From an uncultured Gemmatimonadales bacterium (GTDB taxonomy: Bacteria > Gemmatimonadota > Gemmatimonadetes > Longimicrobiales > Gaopeijiaceae): a stretch of DNA of 64,000 bases. The DNA is taken from assembly GCA_963809895.1 (NCBI GenBank), contig CAWELD010000010.1:256001-320000 (forward strand), given 5' to 3'. Under the pieces are notes generated by a model that saw only the letters and a list, made by a program, of their open reading frames with translations, was not told where the DNA came from and searched no databases. The translations under genes were made by a program, and so were the position numbers. Below, in pieces: positions 19,647 through 28,900 of this stretch. The number at the start of each line of letters is the position of its first letter. Position 1 is the stretch's first letter.

Positions 19647-20996
19647 TCAGGCCAACGTGGTCTCGCTCTCTCGTCGCTCCTCGAGGCGCACGCCGATGCG
19701 CGACGCGGATTCCAGCGACAGGAGCAGGAGAGGGGGTACCCAGATCAGGGCGCGGGCCCAGAGAGGCTGGGGCCACACACCGGTATCCATGGCTGTCGGG
19801 AGTCCCCAGTAGCCCAGCAACGAAGTGCAGGTGAGGAGGAGCCAGGACCGGCGGCGATTCAGGACGGCCATGGGCAGCACCCAGAGGGCGTGCCAGGGAT
19901 AGAGCACGGGAGACAGCACGAGGGCGCCGCCGATGACGGCGAGAAGGCCGCGGCTCGTCGGGAAGCGGTTCGACGTCGCCCACATGACCACCAGCATGAA
20001 GAGGATGGTGGCGGCCAGCCGCGGCAGGGCCGTGCCTGGAAGGACCCAATCCAGCAGGGCGAAGATCCCTCCATTGAAGCGCGTGTGGTCCAGGAAGACG
20101 TTGGCGCCGTCGAAGAGGTGGGAGATGCCCGCCCAATACGGGAGCAGCGCGACGAGGAACAGCGCCAGGGCCACCGCCAGATACCGGAACCCCAGGCGGA
20201 TCGCGACGGCGGGTACGGCGGTGGCGGGCACCAGGCCCACGAGCGCCGACCAGGCGGTGCCCAGCGCGGCTCCCACGGGCCGCCGAGCCCACGCCAGCGC
20301 CAACGCCAACCCCAGCAATCCGAGTATCTGGACGTGGGCGTTCCAGGCGGTTTCGACAAGAAGAAGCGGGGACCAGAAGTAGAGGATCAGGGTCAGGCGA
20401 CGACCCCGGGAGTGGACTCGGGCCGCGCGAATCATGAGGGCGGCGGTGGCCAGGTCCGCCACCATCCACAACAACTTGAGGCCCAGCACCTGGAGCCCGC
20501 TCCACGCCGCGATGACGAACGCCCCCTGGGCCAGCGGCGGGTAGAGGGTGTGCATTCCGGGATTCGGAACGAGATCGAACCAGGCGGTGCGAAGGGGTTC
20601 GAGCACCGCCGCGCCGGGGGCGTAGAGATAGGGGTTCACGCCCTGCAGCTGGATGTAGCCGTCCCAGAGGTAGCGCCATACGTCGCGGGTGAGCTCCGGC
20701 GGCACCGGCATCAGGATCAGCCTGGCGGCGATCCCCACGATCCAGATCCAGGTCAGCGACGCGGCGCCGTCCCGGACGGCGTTGGCAGCGGCGGCGTACC
20801 CCACGATGGCCAGGACGAGGAGTCCGAAGCCCGGCCAGGGGAACGGCAGGTTCGGCCACCACGCCAGCGCCGCCAGACTGCCCACCTCCAGGGCTGCAGC
20901 GCCGAAGAAGACCGCCCGCAGCCGCGAACCGTCGGCCGGTGCGGCGGCCGCTTCGGCGGAGCGCTCGGTCATGCGGCGCGCGTCCGTGAAGACCAT
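19647..20996 (-). CDS. Polytopic GT-C glycosyltransferase (GT87/DUF2029-like)
   Basis: DVWRYLWDG...NPY and TLYPP motifs, many TM helices; start uncertain (20996 or 20972). Confidence 0.75.
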   Translation of the reverse strand: MVFTDARRMTERSAEAAAAPADGSRLRAVFFGAAALEVGSLAALAWWPNLPFPWPGFGLLVLAIVGYAAAANAVRDGAASLTWIWIVGIAARLILMPVPPELTRDVWRYLWDGYIQLQGVNPYLYAPGAAVLEPLRTAWFDLVPNPGMHTLYPPLAQGAFVIAAWSGLQVLGLKLLWMVADLATAALMIRAARVHSRGRRLTLILYFWSPLLLVETAWNAHVQILGLLGLALALAWARRPVGAALGTAWSALVGLVPATAVPAVAIRLGFRYLAVALALFLVALLPYWAGISHLFDGANVFLDHTRFNGGIFALLDWVLPGTALPRLAATILFMLVVMWATSNRFPTSRGLLAVIGGALVLSPVLYPWHALWVLPMAVLNRRRSWLLLTCTSLLGYWGLPTAMDTGVWPQPLWARALIWVPPLLLLSLESASRIGVRLEERRESETTLA

Positions 20997-21042
20997 GCCA
21001 TGGCCTGCCCCTCCCGTCCAAGAGGATTGAGACACCCGCGGG

Positions 21043-21861
21043 TCACCCTGCGAGGAACTCCAGCAGTGCGTCAAGCGATTCCTGCGGCCGCTCGTCCACG
21101 GGAAGGTGGCCACATCGGTCCAGGATCACCAGTTGCGCGTTCGGGATCTCGCGGCTGAGGCGCTCCCCGACCCAGAGCGGGACGACGGGATCGTCGCGGC
21201 CCCAGAGACACAGTGTAGGCACCTCGATCCCACCGTAGCGAGCCATCAACGCGGGAAGCTCGGGGGGCACGATGTGGGCCGCGCAGGTCACCAGGGCGGC
21301 CTGGGTGTCGGGGTCGGTGAGCGGATCGGCGAAGGTCGCGACGCGCTCCGGCGTGACGACCTGGTCCTGCACCACGACGTCACGCATGACCTTCGCCACC
21401 AGCCAGCGTTTCGGTGCCAGTCGCAGGACCATGCGGCTGAAGGTCGGGTGGTCCGCAAAACGCACGAAAGGCGGCGCTGCCTGGGGGTACGCGGCTCCGG
21501 CCACGCTCACCAGTCGAGCCAGGCGCCCCTCGTCGTCGTCCTGGAGCCGCACCGCCGCTGCCAGGGCCACTCCTCCGCCCAGCGAGTGCCCGATGAGCGT
21601 GGCGTCACGCAGATCCAGCTCCCGGACCAGGTCACCGACGGCGCCCCCGAGGCTCAGAGGATCGTAGGCACCGTCACGGGGCTTGGGGGCGGCGCCGAAA
21701 CCGGTCAGATCCACGTTCACCACCCGGTAGCGGGCGCGGAGGGGCGCGAGCCAGGGCGCCCACACGGCCCCATGGGCGCCGTAGCCGTGGATGAGGACCA
21801 AGGGCTCGCCCGTTCCCTCGTCGGTCCAGGCCAGGGGGATCGCCGCCCGCCCCTGCCTCAT
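21043..21861 (-). CDS. Alpha/beta-fold hydrolase
   Basis: LIHG, GHSLGG nucleophile, WGRDD acid, GH catalytic His; ATGA-coupled to the upstream ATPase gene. Confidence 0.9.
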   Translation of the reverse strand: MRQGRAAIPLAWTDEGTGEPLVLIHGYGAHGAVWAPWLAPLRARYRVVNVDLTGFGAAPKPRDGAYDPLSLGGAVGDLVRELDLRDATLIGHSLGGGVALAAAVRLQDDDEGRLARLVSVAGAAYPQAAPPFVRFADHPTFSRMVLRLAPKRWLVAKVMRDVVVQDQVVTPERVATFADPLTDPDTQAALVTCAAHIVPPELPALMARYGGIEVPTLCLWGRDDPVVPLWVGERLSREIPNAQLVILDRCGHLPVDERPQESLDALLEFLAG

Positions 21862-24500
21862 GGCGCCTCCAGCTCCAGGCGGTGCGCGCCGCGGGCCTCG
21901 GCCTCGCGGGCGAGGTCGTCGTGGCAGGTGAAGAGGAAGACCTGGCGGGTGTCCGCCGCAGTGGCGAGCAGGTCCAGCCCGCGGCCCCGCCGCCTGGCGT
22001 CCCAGTTGACGAAGACCTCGTCCAGGAACAGCGGGAGCCGCTCGCCCGAGCGGTCCAGCTCGTCGAGAAGGGCGAGGCGCAACGCCAGGTAGACCTGTTC
22101 GCGCGTGCCGGTGGAGAGCGGGGGGCCCACCGGCCGGGGCTCGGCGAGGGCGGGGCCGCGGACCATGAAGGTGCGTCCGTCCTCGCCGCCGAGCAGGAGT
22201 CGATCGTAGCGCCCCCCGGTGAGGATGGAGAGAAAGCGCCCGGCACGCCGGAGGGCGCCGGGTTGATGCTCCTCGCGGATCCACCGGTCTGCATCGCGAA
22301 CCACCCGGGCCATGATGTAGAGGCGGTCCCGGCGGCGAGCCAGGTGGGCGCATTCCTCTTCCAGGCTCTCGATCTCCCCGTCGAGATCGTCCAGGGTGTC
22401 CCGGTCGGCGAGGTGCGCTACCTCGCCCCCGAGGCCCTCCACCCTCCTGGCGAGCTCCTCGATCTCCTCGGTCAGGCCCTTCTCCCGTGCGGCGAGTCGG
22501 GCCAGCTGCTCGTCGTCGGGGAGGGCCTCCTCGCTCCACGAGGCCGGATCCGGCGTGAGCTCGGCCAGCTCGGCCTGCGCTTCGTGCGCCCGTCGAAGCG
22601 CGTCCAGGCGCTCCCTCGCCTCACGGGCCCCGGCGATGGGATCGCCCTCCGGATCGAAGGCCGCCAGGCGGTCCCGCAGGGTGTGCGCGGCCCGCTCGGT
22701 CTCCTCCACGTGAGCGCAGACGCGCCGCCTCTCCCGGGCGAGCCGTTCCAGCTCGCCCTCGGCGGCGCGGGCCGCCTCCATGCGTCGGGTGGCGGCACGC
22801 ACGGCGTGACGCGCGGCGTGCAGGGCCGCACCGGGATCGGCGACCGGGAGGTCGTCGAGGGGCAACTCGGCGACGAATGCAGCTATGTCGGCGCCCAGGC
22901 CCTCCACGGACTCTGCCAGCTGCCGCTTGCGCGCCCGACGTTCGCGGAGGTCCCTCAGGATCTCCTGGATGCGCTCGACGTCACCGGCGAGCTCGGGACC
23001 CACGGGCCGCCCCTCGACCAGGAGCGCGAGGTCTCCCAGGATCTCGCTGAGCTGGGCCCGCGCCCGCTCCGCGTCGCGCCGGGCTCGCTGGGCGTCCTCG
23101 TGCCTGGTTGCGCCCCGCCGACGAGAGCGCAGCCACCAGAGCAGGCCGGCAGCGGTCGCGGCCCCGGCCAGAAGGGCGGCTCCCAGGGCGAGCACCAGCA
23201 CCTGGCCGGCCGTGGCGCCGACCGCGACGCCCGCCAGGCCCAGCAGGGCGGCCCCCACCAGGGGTGTCCGCGGAAAGGGAGGCAGGGCGTCGGAGTGATC
23301 CTCGGCCTCGGCCTGTCGCTGGCGAGTCGCCGCGTCGGTCCACGCCCGCAACGTGTCCCGGAGCCGGGGCAGCGGGATTCGGAGCCAGGCCTCTTCGTCG
23401 GCGTCGGCCCCGCCGTCGAGTCGCGATCGAACCGTGTCGAGGCGGCGTCCGAGATCGCGGACCTCCTGATCCAGCTGCGCGATGCGCAGGCGATTCTGGT
23501 CGGCACTCGCCCAGTGTCCGGCCAACTGTTCCAGTCGGGCCTCGCCGGCGAGCAGGCGCCTGTCCGCCTCGGTGAAGGCGTCCAGCGCCGATCGCGGGGC
23601 GCTCTCGTCGCTGGCCAGCCGCGCCAGGTCGTCCTGGGCGTCACGATGATGGCCCTGGGCCTCGGCCAGCGCGCGCTCGGGATCGGGGGGAAGATCGTCG
23701 AGCGGCTCGGGATCCCCCGCTCGAGCCTCGAGGTCCCGCGCGCGCCGAAGTCGACGCCGTACCGGAAGCAGCCGGCGCGCCCGCTCGAGCTCCACCCGGC
23801 AGCGTTCACGCTCCTCTCGCCGCGCCTCCAACAACTCGCGGGCGCGCCTAAGCTCCGCCTGTGCGTCGCGCATGCGTCGGTCGGCCTCCCGCACGTCGCT
23901 CCGGCGGAAACGCAGCTCCCCGATGCGCTCCCGGAGGTCGCGGATGCGCTGGTGGCCACGTCGATTGGGACGCCACAGAGCACCGGCCTCCGCTTCCAGC
24001 TCGTCGGCGACCGTCCGGGCCGGACGGAGGTCCCGTGCCCCGAGGGCGCCCACGAGCCGATCCTGCACCGCGTCCCAGCCGTCGGCGTCCAGCGAGGCGA
24101 GCTCCGCGAGCCCCAGGGCGAACACCTGCCGAAAGACCGGGAGCGGCACATGGGCGGCAGCCGGCACCGTGTGGTTCCGGATCGGCTCCTCCACGCTGCC
24201 TCGCACCAGAGACCCGGTCGGCGACGACAGAAGGCGCCGATGGACCTCCAGGACCTGTCCCGTTTGCAGACGCAGGACGGCATCGCCCGCGGCGTCACCG
24301 CCGGCCCAGGGAGCCCATGGGTTGCGGTCCCGCGAGGACGGATAGAAGCCGTAGAGCAGCGCGGTCAGGAACTCGAAGAAGGAGCTCTTGCCGGCCTCGT
24401 TCTCGCCGTGGACGAGCACCCAGGACGGAAGCGGCGCATCTCCCGTGTCGACTTCCTGGAGACCCCCGAAGGCCTGGATCCGGATCCGCTCGAACCGCAT
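21858..24500 (-). CDS. YhaN-like SMC/Rad50-type ATPase with internal TM hairpin
   Basis: Walker A GENEAGKS, long coiled coil, central hydrophobic hairpin, LSTGTREQ signature, Walker B LFLDEVFVNWD. Confidence 0.88.
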   Translation of the reverse strand: MRFERIRIQAFGGLQEVDTGDAPLPSWVLVHGENEAGKSSFFEFLTALLYGFYPSSRDRNPWAPWAGGDAAGDAVLRLQTGQVLEVHRRLLSSPTGSLVRGSVEEPIRNHTVPAAAHVPLPVFRQVFALGLAELASLDADGWDAVQDRLVGALGARDLRPARTVADELEAEAGALWRPNRRGHQRIRDLRERIGELRFRRSDVREADRRMRDAQAELRRARELLEARREERERCRVELERARRLLPVRRRLRRARDLEARAGDPEPLDDLPPDPERALAEAQGHHRDAQDDLARLASDESAPRSALDAFTEADRRLLAGEARLEQLAGHWASADQNRLRIAQLDQEVRDLGRRLDTVRSRLDGGADADEEAWLRIPLPRLRDTLRAWTDAATRQRQAEAEDHSDALPPFPRTPLVGAALLGLAGVAVGATAGQVLVLALGAALLAGAATAAGLLWWLRSRRRGATRHEDAQRARRDAERARAQLSEILGDLALLVEGRPVGPELAGDVERIQEILRDLRERRARKRQLAESVEGLGADIAAFVAELPLDDLPVADPGAALHAARHAVRAATRRMEAARAAEGELERLARERRRVCAHVEETERAAHTLRDRLAAFDPEGDPIAGAREARERLDALRRAHEAQAELAELTPDPASWSEEALPDDEQLARLAAREKGLTEEIEELARRVEGLGGEVAHLADRDTLDDLDGEIESLEEECAHLARRRDRLYIMARVVRDADRWIREEHQPGALRRAGRFLSILTGGRYDRLLLGGEDGRTFMVRGPALAEPRPVGPPLSTGTREQVYLALRLALLDELDRSGERLPLFLDEVFVNWDARRRGRGLDLLATAADTRQVFLFTCHDDLAREAEARGAHRLELEAP

Positions 24501-24506
24501 GGTCTC

Positions 24507-25751
24507 CTACCGGGCCCGCTCGGGATCCAGCATGCGCGCCAGGATCTCACCCTCGGCGTCGCCCAGAACCTCTCGCACGTAGTCCCGGGCATCGACATCG
24601 TCTCGCAACCCCGCGAGCTCCCGCTCCAGGCCCGCCGGAAGGGCGCCCTGGCCGTGGGCGAGCTCCCGCAGGCGCCGGAGCGCGACCCCCAGGACGTCTT
24701 CCCGGCCCTCGTGCATGTCGGCGTCCACCACCGCGTGCACGCGGTCGGCGCGGACCTCCACGTCCAGGGCGCCGATGGCCTCGCGCAGCTCGCGGGCCAG
24801 CGCCGGCCGCTCGTCGTCCGAGGCGAGCTCTCGCCAGAGGGGCGTGCCGCCGGCGAGGGTCACGCGCACCATCCACTCGGCGTCGGGCGCCGGATCGGCC
24901 GCGCGCGCAGCGCGCCAGCGTCGGGTCACCGCACCCACCACCGCGTCCAGGGTGGCGGCGTCGCCGAGATCGGATACCTCGATAGACTCCCAGCGCACCG
25001 GTGCGAACGCTCGGAACTCCACCTCGGCCGCTCCGTCGACCCCCACGTCGACGAGCAGGCCACCGCGCGGCCCCGACTCGGCGTGGGTGCGACCCTGCAG
25101 GTTTCCAGGGTAGTGGATCGCCGGAAGCCCGGAGAGCGCCTGCCGGGTGTGCACGTGCCCGAGCGCCCAGTAGTGGTACCCGGCCCGACGCAGGGTCTCC
25201 ACCTCGGTCGGAGCGTAGGGCTCATGGGCCTCTTCGTCGCGGGACCCGACCACCTGAGCGTGCAGGACCGCGATCTCGGGCCGGTGTCCCTCCGGACGGG
25301 GAAAGCGGGCCGCCAGGTCACGTGTCTCACGGGGTCCGGTGTGCCCCGCAGCCGTCACGTGCCCCACCACCGTTCCGTCGCGGTCCCGGATGGCCACGCG
25401 GCGCGGCGTGGCGTCGGGAGCCACGGTCACGTTGCTCGGCCAGTGCAGGGACGCGGCGCGCGCGCCGTCACGACCCGGGTCGTGGTTGCCCGTAGCGTAG
25501 ACCACGGGGATGCTCGCGGCCTCGAGGCGGCCGAGCTCGTCCAGGAGGAAACGCTCGGTCTCGAAGGAGAGCGTGGCGCCGTCGAAGAGATCGCCGGCAA
25601 TGACCACGCACAGGACCTCCTCCGCCAGCGCGGCGTCCACGGCGCGCGCGAAGGCTCGGCGTGAGGCGTCACGCAGGCGCCGGCGGAGGTCCGGTGAGCG
25701 CCCTGCGAACGGCGTGTCCAGGTGAACGTCGGCAAGATGTAGGATGCGCAT
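24507..25751 (-). CDS. YhaO-like Mre11/SbcD-type metallophosphoesterase nuclease
   Basis: ADVHLD, AGDLFD, GNHD, ALGHVH and YPGNLQGR motifs. Confidence 0.9.
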   Translation of the reverse strand: MRILHLADVHLDTPFAGRSPDLRRRLRDASRRAFARAVDAALAEEVLCVVIAGDLFDGATLSFETERFLLDELGRLEAASIPVVYATGNHDPGRDGARAASLHWPSNVTVAPDATPRRVAIRDRDGTVVGHVTAAGHTGPRETRDLAARFPRPEGHRPEIAVLHAQVVGSRDEEAHEPYAPTEVETLRRAGYHYWALGHVHTRQALSGLPAIHYPGNLQGRTHAESGPRGGLLVDVGVDGAAEVEFRAFAPVRWESIEVSDLGDAATLDAVVGAVTRRWRAARAADPAPDAEWMVRVTLAGGTPLWRELASDDERPALARELREAIGALDVEVRADRVHAVVDADMHEGREDVLGVALRRLRELAHGQGALPAGLERELAGLRDDVDARDYVREVLGDAEGEILARMLDPERAR

Positions 25752-25985
25752 GCACCGGGTAAGCTACATGTCGTGTCGGGCGCCGACAGGGCTGGATGCG
25801 GCGCGGTGGTCGTCGCGAGCCGCTGCGTCGCGTTCCGCGGACAGGCTCCGGCGAGCCCTTCCGACGCGTGCGCTGTCTACTATCTTGAGTATTGTCATGG
25901 ACTCCATCCGCTCCCCGGCCGCGGGCCGGAGGTTCTGCCCTCACCCCGAGGTCTTCCGCCCACTCGCGGCGCGTTTCCCTTCCCC

Positions 25986-28900
25986 ATGAGCGATACCACC
26001 CAAGCGGCGGTGACGCGGGTCCGGAAGGACTCGCCTACCGTCGACGCCGTCTGCCGGCAACTCGAGCGCCACGTGAGCGCCGACGAATGCGCCCTGGTCA
26101 TCGAGTTCGCCGAGATCTTCTTCTCCAAGACCCCGCCGGGGTTCCTCCACGAGCGGAGCACCGACGCGTTGGCCCACCTGGTCCTGGGGGCCTTCCGCTT
26201 CCTTCAGGGGAGCCGTCCGGACAGGGTCGACGTCCAGGTCTTCAACCCCGACGTGGACAACGAGGGATGGTACGCGCCGGTCACGCTGATCCGCACGAAC
26301 CTCTCCGAGCGCCCGTTCATCGTGGACACGATCAGGGAGTTCCTGCACGCCCAGGAGCTGCCCATCGAGCAGAACATCTATCCCGTCCTGCACGTCGGAC
26401 GCGACGAGACCGGTGAGGTCGTCGAGGTCAAGCCGTCGCGCGAGGGCGTTCGGCGCGAGTCGCTCGTGCACTGCGAGATCGCCCGGGTCGCCGACGAGGA
26501 CACCCTCGAGCGGATCCGCCAGGAGCTGCAGAGCCGTCTCGAAGACGTGGTCCGTGCCACCGACGACTTCCAGGCCATGCGCGCTGAGGCGGATGCCATC
26601 ATCGAGGAGATGGATCTGCGAGCCGCCGAGCTCCCGGCGCGGCGGGCCGAGCTGGAGGAGATCCAGGCGTTCCTGAGGTGGCTGCGGGACGGCGCCTTCG
26701 TCTTCCTGGGCTACCGCGGCTACGACCTGGTGCCCCAGGACGGCGAGCGAGCCGTGCGGGTGGAGGCGGGCTCGGGGCTGGGCGTGCTCCGCGACGAGAG
26801 CGCGTCGACGTTCTCGGAGCCCGTGGCGCTGTCGGAGTTGCCTGGAGGCATGCGCGAGCTGGTAGAGGGAGGCCCGCTTCTCATCATCAGCAAGACCAAT
26901 GCGGAGTCGACGGTGCACCGGCGTGCCCGCATGGACTACATCGGCGTCAAGAAGATGGGGCCCGACGGTGCGATCCACGGTGAGCATCGCTTCCTCGGGC
27001 TCTTCACCTCCAAGGCGTTCGCGGAAGAGGCGGAGCGCATCCCGATCCTGCGGGAGAAGTTGCAGACGATTCTGGAGGATGCCGGCGTCCAGGAAGGATC
27101 ACACGACTACAAGGAGATCAACACGATCTTCAACTCCATGCCGAAGGAGGAGCTCTTCCTCACTTCGGCGGTGGAGATCGGCGCCGATGTCCAGACCGTC
27201 CTCACCACCTACCACGCCGACGACGTGCGCGTGACGCTGCGCGGAGATCCCCTCCGGCGCGGCGTCTCCGTGATGGTCATCCTGCCCAAGGACAAGTTCT
27301 CGTCCGAGGTGCGGCGCCAGATCGAGCGGGCATTGGTGGAGATGTTCCACGGTGAGGCGCTCAACTATCATCTGGCATTGAGCGAAGCGGAGCAGGCGCG
27401 CCTGCACTTCTACATGGCGGCCACGCCGGACCGGATCGAGCATGTGGAGGCGAGTCATCTGGAGGCGATGCTCACCGAGCTCATCCGCTCCTGGGAAGAC
27501 CGGGTCCGCGAGGGTCTCGAGCGTGTGCGCCCCGCCGACGAGGCGCGCCGACTCGCCCGTCGCTACGGTGACGCCTTCAGCCCCGAATACCAGGCCGCCA
27601 CGCCGGCGTTGACGGCCGTGCAGGACATTCTCGAGCTGGAGGCCATGGCGGCGGACCGGCGGCCGGTTGCGGTGGCGTTCGCGAATCCGGACGTGTCGCC
27701 GGCGGCGCCCGGTGGCGAGCGGGTCACCGAGTTGAAGCTCTACCTCCAGGGCGAGCGGCTGGTGCTGTCGGACTTCATGCCCATCCTGGAGAACTGCGGC
27801 CTGCGGGTCATCGCCGTGAATCCCTTCGACGTCGAGGGCTCCGACGTCCAGAGGGCCATCATCTACACCTTCGCGGTCCAGGATTCGGAAGGGAGACCCC
27901 TCGAGGTCGAAGGCCGGGGATCGCTGCTCGGCCAGGCCATTCTCGCCGTGCGCGCCGGCGACGCCTCAAACGACGGGCTCAACAGCCTGGTCCTGGGCGT
28001 GGGACTCCACTGGCGCGAGGTGGACGTGCTGCGCACCTACGCGGGGTACGCCTTCCAGGTAGGAGCCGTGCCCAGTCGGATTTCGCTGCCCTCCGCGCTC
28101 ACCAAGCACACCGACGTGGCCCGCATTTTCTTCGACTGGTTCCGGGCCCGCTTCGATCCGGCGGCGGGAGCGACCGTCGAAGACCGACTGCCCGCGGTGG
28201 ACGACATCCGACGGTCCTTCACGGCGGCGCTGGCCAGCGTGGAGCTTCTGTCCGACGACCGGGCGCTCCGCCGCATGGCGGTTCTGCTCGATGCCACGCT
28301 GCGCACGAACTACTATCGCCACGGCGGGCGGACTCCTACCCGTCGCTCCGGGGGCGCCCCGTACATCTCGCTCAAGTTCGACGCGCGCAGGCTGGACAGC
28401 ATCCAGAAGACGCGCCTGCGCTACGAGGTGTACGTGCGTTCGTCACGGATGGAGGGTGTGCATCTGCGCGGCGCCTCGGTGGCTCGGGGCGGCATCCGGT
28501 GGAGCGACCGTCCCGACGACTTCCGCATCGAGATCCTGGGCCTGGTGAAGACCCAGATGGTGAAGAACGCGGTCATCGTGCCCGGGGGCTCCAAGGGAGG
28601 GTTCATCGCCACCCGCCTGCCCGCGGACCCCGAGGCCCGCGGCGAGGAGGGCAAGGAGCAATACCGTACGCTGATTCGCGGCCTCCTCGATCTGACCGAC
28701 AATCTCGATCCTTCGGGGGCGACGGTTCCGCCGGAGAACGTGGTGTGCTGGGACGACCCCGATCCCTACCTGGTGGTGGCGGCGGACAAGGGGACGGCGA
28801 AGTTCTCCGACGTGGCCAATGGGGTGTCGGCGGAGTACGGCTTCTGGTTGGGGGATGCCTTCGCCTCCGGTGGATCGCACGGGTACGATCACAAGGTCGT

